IMG/VR virus record: IMGVR_UViG_3300020112_002303 | Span: 38,258-102,257 of that record | Strand: one strand, 5' to 3' | DNA length: 64,000 nt | Source of the DNA: a virus | Lineage: Duplodnaviria; Caudoviricetes | Part shown: piece by piece, positions 9,521 to 20,117 of the stretch | Numbering within the stretch: the first letter of the stretch is position 1 | Layout: each line of letters starts with the position of its first letter | Notes under the pieces: generated by a model | The model's database searches: none | What the model was told of the DNA's origin: nothing | What the model saw: only the letters and a program-made list of their open reading frames with translations | Program-made: the position numbers and the translations under genes

Positions 9521-10171
9521 ATGTCGGATAGTTCAGTTACAAATAATATTATCCCTCCGGTCAGAAAAAATTTCGATGAACATTATGAAATTGAAAAAAA
9601 ATTAAAAAAATATTTGCAAGAATCATTTAGTACAGATAGAACTTTTAAGTATTCAAGAGATATTTCTGATTCGAAACTTAGAATTGCAGTAGAATACCCT
9701 GATATAAACGAAACACCAGATTTCGTACCACACATTGTAATTTCTAATATTTCTACATCAAATAATCCTAATGCAACCCTTTTTCATAACTTTTTTAGGG
9801 ATGTAAAAGATGAAAACGGCAATATTTTGTATGAAGAACAGTTGTATTTTTTGCGATATAGTGTTACAATGTTTTGTGTAGCAGGGAATTCCTCTTTATG
9901 CAAAGATCTTTCGACTAAATTGCAAAGAAAACTTTCCGTTACAGATGTTTATTATATTAGTGATATTATGAATCTTAATATTGAGGGTGATGTTGTTAAA
10001 GGTCCTGCGACTCTTAGACAACAATTTCCCGTAAAGATGTATGAAAGTGCTGTTCAGTTTAGCGGAACTATGTGCTGTATGTACAGAAGAAAATACGGAA
10101 ATACCGACTTTATTACAGATGTACCATTAACAGATATAACTGTTAAAGTAGAAGATTTTAACGAACAATAA
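9521..10171 (+). CDS. Putative tail terminator/completion protein
   Basis: Directly precedes the sheath; contains EYPD...PHIVIS. Confidence 0.45.
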   Translation: MSDSSVTNNIIPPVRKNFDEHYEIEKKLKKYLQESFSTDRTFKYSRDISDSKLRIAVEYPDINETPDFVPHIVISNISTSNNPNATLFHNFFRDVKDENGNILYEEQLYFLRYSVTMFCVAGNSSLCKDLSTKLQRKLSVTDVYYISDIMNLNIEGDVVKGPATLRQQFPVKMYESAVQFSGTMCCMYRRKYGNTDFITDVPLTDITVKVEDFNEQ

Positions 10172-10195
10172 ATATAAGAAAGGATTGATTCCAAT

Positions 10196-12061
10196 ATGTT
10201 AACAAACAAAAGAGCATATACTGAGCCGGGTGCATTCCTTAAGCTCGTAGATGCTACAGAAACCAATAACACGGCAACATCCAATATGGTGCCATTGTTT
10301 ATCGGTACCGCTGGAAACTATGTTTTCAAAAACAGTAATCGAGTTACCAGAGGAGAAGCAAGCACAACTACAGGGTCAGTAACAACAATAAAATACGACA
10401 GTATCGATGTAGATGGAAACATTTCATCTTCCGGCAGCGAACCTTCCAACATTGTATCTCTCGGTTTTAGACCTGACCAAGAAGATTTTGTAGCCGGCGA
10501 ACTAACTAAGTCGAGTGATATATATACTCTGACTGACTCTGAACCTTCCGACTGGTCAAAAAACTACAAATCGTATTATACAGTGGCCACTTATGCTGCT
10601 GTAACAGGTTCGACTGCTCCAGTTTGGGTTGCAAAAAAATATTTCTCTAAATCCGGAAATGTGTACACATTAACAACAACGCAACCTGCTGATTGGGCAA
10701 CAACTTACACATCTTATTATACGGCTGCTACTTATGCTGCTGTAACAGGTTCTACTGCTCCTACTTGGGTTGTAAATACCTATTACTCAAAACACAATCC
10801 TGTAATAGGAGTAACTAACGACTATGCAACAGAAGTAATTTATGATTCCGCTACAAAAAAATCAACAATCAATATCTATTGGAGCGTTGCTGGTTGTGCT
10901 AAGATTTTTACAGGATCTTATTACTATGTAAAGTATAAATTGCCACTTGGTTTCGGAATAAGCGAAGTAATGACTATTAGTGATGCTTCTAAAATTACAG
11001 AAACCTTGGGCGAATACACTTATATAGAAGGTACAGGAAGTAGTGCAACAAAAAAGATTAATCAACTTGCACTCGCAGTATATTTAGCATTAACTAATGG
11101 CGCGCCGTATGTTTATGCCCTCCCAATAAGCGAACCCAGTGGCACAGAAACATACGCTTCATTGTATGCGAAGGCGCTTGCAGACAAAGCAGCATTTGTT
11201 AGTGATATTTGGAGAATTGTTCCTGTTGATATGCCTAAAATTGATCAAAATCAAATTACAGTTCAAGATATTGCAGAATACAAGAGTATTCATGCTGCAG
11301 TCGATACTCATATCACAGCATGTTCTTCTTATGAAGAGAGAAAAGAGCGCACAGCGATTTATGGATTTGTTCCCGCAAATAGCGGTGAAGGCGCTGCTAC
11401 AACAAAAGATGATAGACTTCAAGCAACTGCAAATTATGCAAGCACCAAGAATAATCACAGAATAACCGTTGTTTATCCTTCGTATATATCTGTTGTTATT
11501 CCGGGAGATTCAACATTTACAGAAGTTGGCCCTCAGTTCCTTGCAGCGGCTTATACCGGAAGAGAAGCAAGTATAGTAGGATATTTACCAAAAACAAGAA
11601 CAAGCTTACAAGGAATTTACGCTATCGGCGGAGATAAATTATCTCGTTCGGAAATGAATGCGCTAGCAAGTTACGGTGTAATGATTATCACCCAAGAAAA
11701 GGGTGAAGGTTCAGAAGTTTTAGTTCGTCATCAGTTGACTACTGCTTCCGATGAAAGCGCTATAACTAAGGGGATATCCGAAAATTCAATCGTTTATATT
11801 CGTGATTATTGTTCTAAGGTTTTAAGAGCAGTTTGCGAACAATACATCGGAACAGGTAATATTAACAATGAATTGATTGCAAGAATCAAAGGATCTCTTA
11901 ACTCTCAAATATCAGCATTAAAAACCTCCGGTTACATTATTGACGGAGAAATTACTGATATAGCGCAGAATCCTGAAAAAAGAGGATCTATCTTTGTTAA
12001 CATTGCTGTTGCTGTTCCGTATCCTTGCAACACAATCGAATTAACATTATATGTAGAATAA
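10196..12061 (+). CDS. Contractile tail sheath protein
   Basis: Y..PG.. N-terminus, PLFIG, C-terminal LSRSEMNALASYGV, VRHQLTT, ENSIVYIRDY, VPYPCNTIELTL; followed by the tube gene. Confidence 0.88.
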   Translation: MLTNKRAYTEPGAFLKLVDATETNNTATSNMVPLFIGTAGNYVFKNSNRVTRGEASTTTGSVTTIKYDSIDVDGNISSSGSEPSNIVSLGFRPDQEDFVAGELTKSSDIYTLTDSEPSDWSKNYKSYYTVATYAAVTGSTAPVWVAKKYFSKSGNVYTLTTTQPADWATTYTSYYTAATYAAVTGSTAPTWVVNTYYSKHNPVIGVTNDYATEVIYDSATKKSTINIYWSVAGCAKIFTGSYYYVKYKLPLGFGISEVMTISDASKITETLGEYTYIEGTGSSATKKINQLALAVYLALTNGAPYVYALPISEPSGTETYASLYAKALADKAAFVSDIWRIVPVDMPKIDQNQITVQDIAEYKSIHAAVDTHITACSSYEERKERTAIYGFVPANSGEGAATTKDDRLQATANYASTKNNHRITVVYPSYISVVIPGDSTFTEVGPQFLAAAYTGREASIVGYLPKTRTSLQGIYAIGGDKLSRSEMNALASYGVMIITQEKGEGSEVLVRHQLTTASDESAITKGISENSIVYIRDYCSKVLRAVCEQYIGTGNINNELIARIKGSLNSQISALKTSGYIIDGEITDIAQNPEKRGSIFVNIAVAVPYPCNTIELTLYVE

Positions 12062-12074
12062 GGAGGAATAATTC

Positions 12075-12698
12075 ATGCCAGAAAGTTATAATTACGTTTC
12101 TACATGGGACTTTTCAGAAAAGCATGTGGATCCTAATATCGGCGGAGCCGATACAAATTCTTTCTTGTCATCAGCAAGATGTTTGATTTATGCCAAACCA
12201 TCTTCTGATGCTTCAAGCGCTACAAGTAGTGCTAACTTTAAAAGAATCGGTGTTGTTCAAGGTTTTGCTTACCATGAGCAGAAGGATGTATCTCCTATAT
12301 TTGAACTCGGAAGCGATATTCCTTATATGGTTCCTGGAAGAACACAAGGTCAAGTAAGCTTAACACGTGTTCTTTTGTCGGGTGAAGATTTGTTTAACCT
12401 TGTATATAATACAGGTGACGGCTCCGGCCCAATCGGCACAGAGAAATATATCACAACTCTTCGTGATAATCGTCTTAATCGCCCGTTCGATTTGTTGTTC
12501 GTTTATTACGGAAGTGATCCTGATGCAAACAGTCTTGAATTTAAGGAAACTTATTCGAGACTATTTAAGGGTTGCTTGTTCCAGAGCAGAAGCGAATCCT
12601 TGTCAGCAGGACAAATTATTGTCGCTGAACAACTCGGAATAATGTACACTCATATTGCCAGTGTAGAGTTCATTAAAAACAAGAGTTTCCGTGAATAA
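12075..12698 (+). CDS. Tail tube protein
   Basis: After the sheath; IGVVQGF...PIFELGS..PYMVPGRTQGQVSLTR and GCLFQS...IVAEQ. Confidence 0.75.
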   Translation: MPESYNYVSTWDFSEKHVDPNIGGADTNSFLSSARCLIYAKPSSDASSATSSANFKRIGVVQGFAYHEQKDVSPIFELGSDIPYMVPGRTQGQVSLTRVLLSGEDLFNLVYNTGDGSGPIGTEKYITTLRDNRLNRPFDLLFVYYGSDPDANSLEFKETYSRLFKGCLFQSRSESLSAGQIIVAEQLGIMYTHIASVEFIKNKSFRE

Positions 12699-12705
12699 TA
12701 TCTCA

Positions 12706-12741
12706 AATAAAGAGGAATTCAAAATTCCTCTTTATTTTTTT
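12706..12741 (+). terminator. Rho-independent terminator after the tube gene
   Basis: AAATAAAGAGGAATT-CAA-AATTCCTCTTTATTT followed by a T tract. Confidence 0.8.
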
Positions 12742-12796
12742 ATACATATAGAGTATAATAATATCACAAGATTAAAAACATTTGGAGGAAAACACC

Positions 12797-13240
12797 ATGT
12801 CAAACAAAACAGAAAACAGATCAGAAAGCAAAATCATCGCATTAGATAATATCTTTGATGATTTTATCAAACCCGGTCAAATCCAAGAAGAAAAAGAAAT
12901 CGTTCCCGGATTTAAGATTAAGGTTAAACCTCTTAATCTTCAAGACCTTGCATTATCGGACCTTGTAAATGGCGCAGATATGATGCCGAACGATGTTCTC
13001 GTTAAGGTTAAGGCAGCAAAAGTTTTATCTATGGCAATATTGGCCGTTAATGATAAACTTATAGAGTCGGATGACGAAAACGAGGAATCAAAACTTAGAG
13101 AAGCACTATACAAGAATCTTATGAAACTTCCTGCAATTGTAGTTCAAAAATCGTATGAATTTTATTTAGATATATCTAAAAAGAGAGACGAGCTGTTTAT
13201 TAATAGCAAAGAGGTAAGCGAAACGCTCGAAAATTTTTAG
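12797..13240 (+). CDS. Tail assembly chaperone (lambda gpG-like)
   Basis: Between tube and tape measure; ends at slippery A AAT TTT TAG; start ATG 12797 (RBS GGAGG). Confidence 0.7.
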   Translation: MSNKTENRSESKIIALDNIFDDFIKPGQIQEEKEIVPGFKIKVKPLNLQDLALSDLVNGADMMPNDVLVKVKAAKVLSMAILAVNDKLIESDDENEESKLREALYKNLMKLPAIVVQKSYEFYLDISKKRDELFINSKEVSETLENF

Positions 13241-13662
13241 GTACCTCTTCCGGAGAAATAATCTCAACTGTGCTTTATTATAAAAACGGGGTTATAACTG
13301 AAGACCGCTTTCAGAAAATGACTCCGTTTCAGTGGTTATTTCACTATCTGGAAATTATGAAACATAAAAAGGATAATATTAAAAATATATTAGAGCCAAC
13401 GGTAGAAGAAATCAGACAGCTTTTAATTTTTGTTGGCTCCTGCTCTGACGAAGAAAGAGCAAGAGCTCTTGTAGAGGAATTGTATAAAAAGAAAGAAAAT
13501 AAACTTAGCGAGACCGACGAAGAGCAAATTACGGAGCTTAAGAAAGCACCGAGGGAGCTTGAAGTAAAAATTAGTGAAGGAATTGAAACAATAAGAAAAG
13601 AAGATTCCGATAAAATACTAAAAAAGTTTATCCCTAAATTAGAATATTACGAAAAGAAGTGA
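13231..13662 (+). CDS. Tail assembly chaperone -1 frameshift extension (gpGT-like)
   Basis: The -1 frame is open from heptamer AAATTTT (13231-13237) through LGTSSGEIISTV into ORF 13270..13662, which has no obvious RBS of its own. Confidence 0.75.
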   Translation, partial: KFLGTSSGEIISTVLYYKNGVITEDRFQKMTPFQWLFHYLEIMKHKKDNIKNILEPTVEEIRQLLIFVGSCSDEERARALVEELYKKKENKLSETDEEQITELKKAPRELEVKISEGIETIRKEDSDKILKKFIPKLEYYEKK

Positions 13663-16600
13663 TTTCATTGAGGCAAGACGGCGCCATGAACTATAACGAC
13701 GAATCTTTACAGGAACTCGTCTCATTATCAAGAGAACAACTTAATATTATGCAACAGCTTAATGTTAAATCTAACCCTGGAGGTATTTCAAGGATTGGTT
13801 CCGGGCAAGGTATTGCTGAGTATTCTGATATTCCGAGAGATGAAACGGAAGGACTGTTCAGTAGACTTTCAAAACAAGCCTCGGAAATGGGTAAAGATTT
13901 AAAGGAGAAAATGAGTAGGGCTCAGCAAGTTTCTCCCGAAGCAACAAGTTATAGAAGCATGGATAAAAGTTCGTCCGGCGCATCCACGATAATGAGTGTT
14001 GTAGGAAATCTCGGAGCAAACGCATTAGGTGCTGCATCAAAAAGTCTTTTAGGTATGACAGTGATTCCTGCGGCTATAGGTGCTTATGTTGGATACGGAG
14101 TAAATCAGTTTGGTAATGTCAACGATATAGCTAAATATTCTCAAAGGTTTTCTACTAATTATATAGACTTTACAGAATCAAACAATAACAGAGGTAGCTC
14201 AGGATTTAGCGTAAGAGAGTCTTATGAGGTTGGTAGAGGAATATATAATCTCGCCCCCAAAATGCGTATGAGCGTAGATACAATGAAAGATTTGACTATG
14301 CAATATTCCGAAAGCGGATTGCTTCGTAATGCATCAGATACTTCTTCTGTTATATCCAAAATAGAAGAACTTACAACTCAAGCAAAACAAATGGGAATTC
14401 TTCTTAATGAAATGAATGAAAACGGCAAAGTTGTAGCCCAAATGGCTCAACTTTATAAAATGGGTGTTGGTACATCAAATTCTACAACTATCGCAGCAAG
14501 AACTAATCTTGCTAGCGGATTTCTCGGCGTTAATGCATCAACTCTCATGGACGCTACCGTACAAAATACAGCAAATATAGTAAGTGGTACAGGCATTTCC
14601 GCAACAAGTGTCGCAGGCGATATTTCTTCTGCAAACCTTGTTGGCGGAATGATGTATTCTCAGCTTGACAAATCAGGCACAATGACTTATGCTCAACGCC
14701 AAGCGTACAACTATATGAATAATATAGGTAAAGAAAATGTTGGCACGGAAATAACACAGTTAACGCAAGGTATTCTTAGTAGCAGTTTTACTGCTCCATT
14801 TCTTGCTTCTATTTACAAGTATGATGCATCTTCGGGACAAATGGTGATTGACCCATCCGCATTTAGTCAAGTTAGCAGTATGAGCAGTCTTACCCAAATG
14901 GGTCAATTAGGAAGCTCTAACTTGCAGGCTGCAGGTGTAACTAATCCGAGCGCCGTTACAGAATTTATGAGCACAGCAGGAACTCGTGCAATGAATGATT
15001 TAGGAACAGTAGATAGAATCTCTCTTATTAAATCATTAGTTCAAAAAATAAAAAATCAATCTGGCGGAAGGCTTTCTGATATACAGATACTTCAAAGCTA
15101 TTTTGGATTTTCATCAGAACAAGCAGCCCTAATGTCTACTTATTTAAGTATTGATACTAATACGCTCGTTTCAGCTCAAGCCGTAACAAATACGCAAGAA
15201 AGCATGTCTGAAACGAGAGCAGCATTATATGGCGGATTAGGAGGATCGGTAAGTTCTTTTTTCGGTTCTATAGGTCAAGGTATAGCATCGCCTTTCGTTG
15301 CTATCGGATCAGGACTATCTTCATTAGGGTCCGATATAGGAAAAATAGGCGAGACTATTTGGTACGGAGACCAAATGTATGCAAATGATTTTGTTACTAA
15401 TACGGATTTCTTTAATGTGGATCAAGACGAAAAAACAAAAAGAATTAAAGCATGGAACGAACAAACAGCCAACACAAAATCACTTTATGACAATTTGTCC
15501 AGCAAACAAAAAGCTGCAATTAAAGGTTTAGGTTTCAGTCATATAGGTGAAGATTTTGTTAATGCAGATGAAGTAGAATATGACAAATATGGTAAAATCA
15601 AAATAAGTTCTATGAATTTTGATGTTCTTGAAGACGGATATTCTTCAAAAGACATCGAAAACATGATAAAGCTCAAAAATCTCGGTATTACATCATCAAA
15701 AGAAATTACTCAATTATTGTACGAAGGGGAAAAATTCGGATTAAGTGACGATTCATATGAAGATATGGTAAAATGGATAAGGAATCCAGATGTTGATACA
15801 GTAAAAGTCATGAAATATCTTAATGATGCGGACACGGAAACACTGCAAAGTATTTATAAGGAAAAAACTAATATTGAAGACCAGCAAGCCGATTTAGTTA
15901 AAAAAGCCATCGTCAGTCAAAAAATAAATGATAACCCTAATAATAGTGCATGGGGTGGATTAAAACAATGGAGTGCCGAAAATAAAAAAGGAACTCGTTT
16001 TCTTGGTGATGCTCTTCTTGTAACTGGTGCTGCGCAAACAGCATATACGATAGGACTTGCAGGAACAGCGGCCGCAGCCAGCACAACAGCATTGACCGTT
16101 GCGGGTTCTTCAACCGCACTGACCGTTGCAGGCACAGCCGCAGCAGGAGGAATGGCGGCTGCAGGATTATCTGCTGCGGCAACCGGCGTAGGAATTGGTG
16201 TTGGTGTAGCATTATTGATAGGTGCAGCATTACTTTATGCGTCATCTATGGGTAATGAAGACGCAGAATTTCTACAAAAGATGAAAGAAAAAGTAGACAA
16301 CGGAGAAACCTTAACTGAAGCAGAGACTAAAAAAGTGAATCGCCTTCTCGATGAGCATAACAAGGCCACAGCCAAAAATATTCTTAATACTTTTGAAAGT
16401 GGTAAAGGAATAACCGATGAGAACGGCAATTATTTAAAAACAAGCAAGAACAGAGAAACACAGCAAGGATTGAACTTGATTAATAATAATGTTGTTGATG
16501 AAGTTACCGGTCTTTCTGCAAAAGATATTCTTGAAAACACTGCTACTGCTAAAAAATATTTTGCAGAACATACTAACCAAACTGCCGAGGATGCAGTACA

Positions 16601-16838
16601 AAGAATGACTCTTAAATACAGCACGGTTTCAAAGAACGTTCTTAGTGCAATGACTGAAACCAATATAGCCGAAGAAGTCGTTGAAAATCCGCTACTCGGA
16701 AGAATCGATAAGAGTGTTCTTGGTATCTATAATTTGATGTTAAGAGATGCTGGCAAGGATGAAGATTGGGCTAATGAAAATCTATACGGCGAGAATAGCA
16801 TTTATCATGATCCCGGTAACACAGCTATCGTAAATTAA
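13659..16838 (+). CDS. Tape measure protein
   Basis: 1059 aa, Ala/Gly/Ser-rich and helical, hydrophobic segments, follows the chaperones. Confidence 0.8.
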   Translation: MISLRQDGAMNYNDESLQELVSLSREQLNIMQQLNVKSNPGGISRIGSGQGIAEYSDIPRDETEGLFSRLSKQASEMGKDLKEKMSRAQQVSPEATSYRSMDKSSSGASTIMSVVGNLGANALGAASKSLLGMTVIPAAIGAYVGYGVNQFGNVNDIAKYSQRFSTNYIDFTESNNNRGSSGFSVRESYEVGRGIYNLAPKMRMSVDTMKDLTMQYSESGLLRNASDTSSVISKIEELTTQAKQMGILLNEMNENGKVVAQMAQLYKMGVGTSNSTTIAARTNLASGFLGVNASTLMDATVQNTANIVSGTGISATSVAGDISSANLVGGMMYSQLDKSGTMTYAQRQAYNYMNNIGKENVGTEITQLTQGILSSSFTAPFLASIYKYDASSGQMVIDPSAFSQVSSMSSLTQMGQLGSSNLQAAGVTNPSAVTEFMSTAGTRAMNDLGTVDRISLIKSLVQKIKNQSGGRLSDIQILQSYFGFSSEQAALMSTYLSIDTNTLVSAQAVTNTQESMSETRAALYGGLGGSVSSFFGSIGQGIASPFVAIGSGLSSLGSDIGKIGETIWYGDQMYANDFVTNTDFFNVDQDEKTKRIKAWNEQTANTKSLYDNLSSKQKAAIKGLGFSHIGEDFVNADEVEYDKYGKIKISSMNFDVLEDGYSSKDIENMIKLKNLGITSSKEITQLLYEGEKFGLSDDSYEDMVKWIRNPDVDTVKVMKYLNDADTETLQSIYKEKTNIEDQQADLVKKAIVSQKINDNPNNSAWGGLKQWSAENKKGTRFLGDALLVTGAAQTAYTIGLAGTAAAASTTALTVAGSSTALTVAGTAAAGGMAAAGLSAAATGVGIGVGVALLIGAALLYASSMGNEDAEFLQKMKEKVDNGETLTEAETKKVNRLLDEHNKATAKNILNTFESGKGITDENGNYLKTSKNRETQQGLNLINNNVVDEVTGLSAKDILENTATAKKYFAEHTNQTAEDAVQRMTLKYSTVSKNVLSAMTETNIAEEVVENPLLGRIDKSVLGIYNLMLRDAGKDEDWANENLYGENSIYHDPGNTAIVN

Positions 16839-16852
16839 AAGGAGCATTAATT

Positions 16853-17503
16853 ATGTCCATAAAAAACGATTTTATGATTCAACGAACGAATGACGACAGG
16901 GCACAAATAAATGTTTTGTCTGACAAAATGGATGAGATTTATAGAGAAGTCGTAAAAATAAAAGAAGCTAATGCCGGTTATATTTCCAGCTCTGTTTATG
17001 CGCCATATATTTCAAAAGCAAGAAATATTTGTTCTGATTTGCAAGAATTTTATGATACTTATATGAACGATAGGATATTATATCGAAAAGGATCTAATGC
17101 GTATATTCAAGCAATAAATGAAGCCGCCGATAAATCTGTTAATAACATTCATATTATTAAAAGTGGGATTTTAACAAATAATGGCCAAGCAATATCAAAT
17201 ACACCAGAAATAACAATAAGCAATAATAGTAGTGGTTATTATGGAAGCCCAAATAAACTGGCAGTCAAATGTACTATTGCTCGGAGTGATTCTTCCTCTG
17301 TATCCGAAATTGTTAAGACTAAAGGTAGTTTTCCGGAAATATATCCAGGTAATATAAAAATAATTTCATTAACAAAACCTACATTTTCCGGCGCAGGTGG
17401 CACGTACACAAAAATGGTCACAGAAATACTTAAATATTATGACGATGATTCAGGATACGATGTAATTGCTTCTTATCTCGAAAGTTGCAATCTAACCTTT
17501 TAA
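16853..17503 (+). CDS. Hypothetical tail-module protein
   Basis: RBS AAGGAG; position after tape measure. Confidence 0.5.
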   Translation: MSIKNDFMIQRTNDDRAQINVLSDKMDEIYREVVKIKEANAGYISSSVYAPYISKARNICSDLQEFYDTYMNDRILYRKGSNAYIQAINEAADKSVNNIHIIKSGILTNNGQAISNTPEITISNNSSGYYGSPNKLAVKCTIARSDSSSVSEIVKTKGSFPEIYPGNIKIISLTKPTFSGAGGTYTKMVTEILKYYDDDSGYDVIASYLESCNLTF

Positions 17504-17520
17504 TGATAGGAGAAATATAA

Positions 17521-18615
17521 ATGGCTATTAAAAACGAATACAAGGGAACTGTCATTGAAGCTGATTTGAACAAGAGAAGCTGTTTTGTTTTCAGTCTTTT
17601 AAGCGACGAAAAAATGATAGATTACAGTATGTACACATCCACATCTTCGTATGTTAATGTTCTTAATAACGCATATCTAAATAACTCTATGGATATTGCT
17701 CCGTATCATATAGTTGTTGGAAAAGACGAAATTATTTTTAACAAAAATTTATATCAAGCAGTTAATTTCTCGGACGAAAGAAAAATATATAATAATGACA
17801 TTTCAATTTTATTTTGCGTAGAATCTCTGTTCGATATTCCAAACAAAATATTTGCGAGTCTTGCAAAATCAATAGCACAATGTTCTATTGATTTTCAACT
17901 TTATATAAACGACATCGTTATGTTTAACGAGCCTGATTTAATTGTATTTCATGATAAATTATTATTGTTAAAAAAGATATCTGTAATGATTAGAAATTAT
18001 TATGAACCAATTTTTTCTGTTGCAGAAGATTATTTGCTTGATTTGAGTGAAGTTGTTCATACTGAAAGTATCCCGGTATCAAGAATGATTACGGGGTACA
18101 CTTTTACTGTATCGAACTTAAATTGTGAGGAAACACCGGTATTTATTTTCTTAAAAACGCCAATCAGTTATGACCTTAATGTTCCATTATTGTTTGGTGA
18201 TTTTACTCAAAAATATAAACCGGAATTGCTTTCAAGTAGTTTTACAATTCGAAAGAACGCTAGCGGGGTAGGGATTAATTATCCTGCTACAATTTATAAA
18301 TTTAATAACAAAGATACATATATTAAAAACGAATCTATATCGATAAAAAAAGTGAGTCCGTCCAATAATGATTCTGAATATAAAAGAATATCTCAAGCGT
18401 ATGATGCTATAATTAAACAAGACGGCGTTGATGTAAATCTTTTTGATAAAATAAATCCTATCAGACAAAATGCACCCGAATCATTAAAAACAATGAAAGA
18501 ATTAGGTATGTCATTTATGTTTGTTCCAAAACGATTCGATACAGATAACGATAAGACCGCTCTCACAAAAATAAAAAAATCTCAAATGCAATTCGAAAAA
18601 ATTAAAAATCTTTAA
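17521..18615 (+). CDS. Tail-module protein with possible degenerate amidase-like N-terminal domain
   Basis: PYHIVVGKDEII...NNDISILFC loosely resembles the Amidase_2 core (YHxxV...N..sIgIE); catalytic residues look lost. Confidence 0.35.
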   Translation: MAIKNEYKGTVIEADLNKRSCFVFSLLSDEKMIDYSMYTSTSSYVNVLNNAYLNNSMDIAPYHIVVGKDEIIFNKNLYQAVNFSDERKIYNNDISILFCVESLFDIPNKIFASLAKSIAQCSIDFQLYINDIVMFNEPDLIVFHDKLLLLKKISVMIRNYYEPIFSVAEDYLLDLSEVVHTESIPVSRMITGYTFTVSNLNCEETPVFIFLKTPISYDLNVPLLFGDFTQKYKPELLSSSFTIRKNASGVGINYPATIYKFNNKDTYIKNESISIKKVSPSNNDSEYKRISQAYDAIIKQDGVDVNLFDKINPIRQNAPESLKTMKELGMSFMFVPKRFDTDNDKTALTKIKKSQMQFEKIKNL

Positions 18616-18626
18616 GGGGGGATATT

Positions 18627-20108
18627 ATGGGAAAATATTTAGGCGGGAATATCATATACGAGCTTCCTAATTATAAAAACTGTACTTTATATTTCACTGA
18701 TGATAAGGCTCGTTATAGTGTCGGTTTTCTCGTATCCCCCTCGTCATATTCCGCCCTACAATCATTTACAAGAAATTCCACAAAAATGCTTAATGGCTGG
18801 AGTATTCATTCTACCGGCAAAGAACCGGGCAATCTGAACATTTCGGGATTTTTCCTCGACTCTTATCAAATTCAAGAAAGACTCAATTTTATTATACAGT
18901 ATCGCCTTTTAATGCAGTGCGAACAAAATGATGTTCACGAATACACAAATCAATTCGAGCAAGAAATCGAAATTGAAGGAATGATATATCGGGGATTAGT
19001 TTCAAGCTTTTCATATTCAAAAGACCAGTCCCGACCATATTTATATAATTTCAGTCTTACATTTGTTTTTGTAGAAGTTCGAGAATCTTCCCCGTCGGAT
19101 TCACGACTCCCGGAATACGCCAGAGATAAACTTAACGATGGAAGAACATATGTTTATGATGATCAAATGTCGCTTGTGCCTGAAGCACCGACAAAAGTTT
19201 CTATTGATACTGTAACCGGTAATAATTATAGTCGAATATATACTGTATCGTCAGATACGAAACTTCAAGAAAAAGAAGAGGTTCAAAAAAAAGAACAAGA
19301 TAAAGAAGATAGGCAGGATGGAAAATTTTATGTAAATAAATCTTCTCACAAACTTTCTATCGATGGAGGAAAAAGTTTTTTTTATGGTGCCAAAATAACC
19401 GATACCGATGAGAGAAACTTAGTAGAATATATTGTAGACGCTTTAAAAGGAGATTTGATTCAGATTTATTTTATAGAAACTAGCGATACAGCAAAATACA
19501 CTGCTACTAATTATGATAAAAGTGAAGATTCCGTAAAATTTTCAAAAGACAAAGTTAAATTTAAGTCTAAGTCTAATCTTATTTGCAAACTTGAGAGTTG
19601 GGCAGGAGGAAATGCAGGAAATCCGGATTACGGAAATGTTAAAAGAGCCGATTTAGGCAAGGCAAAGAACTGGGAAATTGATACAAAGTATACAAGTTTA
19701 TCAAAAAAAGTCACTACAACAAAAAGCACATCAAGCTATTCGTCGATTAAGACTATTTCTACTCTTACTCCAACAGTTACTATTACTCTTGATAGTGATG
19801 GTAATCCTACAAAATATAAAACAGTTATGACCGTTCAAGCGACAGGATACACTTATACCGGCAATAAATGCTCTACTGGTGTTTGGCCACAACCTGGATA
19901 TATAGCAGTAAATCCTGAAAAAATTCCATATGGGACGAAAATGTATATTAAATCTTCTGACGGAAAATATATTTATGGATACGCTGAAGCAAAGGATACC
20001 GGAGGATTTATAAAAGAAAAGCCAAACAATGTTGATTTGTTTTTTGAGACGACTAAAGAATGTAAGGATTTTGGCAGAAGAAATGTTGAAATTTATATAC
20101 TTGAATAA
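18627..20108 (+). CDS. Baseplate/tube-initiator-like protein with C-terminal 3D (MltA-like) peptidoglycan hydrolase domain
   Basis: C-terminus VQATGYT...IAVNPEKIPYGTKMYI...GYAEAKDTGGFIK...NVDLFF...FGRRNVEIYIL is a 3D domain. N-terminus is paralogous to 20118..21200. Confidence 0.75.
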   Translation: MGKYLGGNIIYELPNYKNCTLYFTDDKARYSVGFLVSPSSYSALQSFTRNSTKMLNGWSIHSTGKEPGNLNISGFFLDSYQIQERLNFIIQYRLLMQCEQNDVHEYTNQFEQEIEIEGMIYRGLVSSFSYSKDQSRPYLYNFSLTFVFVEVRESSPSDSRLPEYARDKLNDGRTYVYDDQMSLVPEAPTKVSIDTVTGNNYSRIYTVSSDTKLQEKEEVQKKEQDKEDRQDGKFYVNKSSHKLSIDGGKSFFYGAKITDTDERNLVEYIVDALKGDLIQIYFIETSDTAKYTATNYDKSEDSVKFSKDKVKFKSKSNLICKLESWAGGNAGNPDYGNVKRADLGKAKNWEIDTKYTSLSKKVTTTKSTSSYSSIKTISTLTPTVTITLDSDGNPTKYKTVMTVQATGYTYTGNKCSTGVWPQPGYIAVNPEKIPYGTKMYIKSSDGKYIYGYAEAKDTGGFIKEKPNNVDLFFETTKECKDFGRRNVEIYILE

Positions 20109-20117
20109 AGGAGGATA

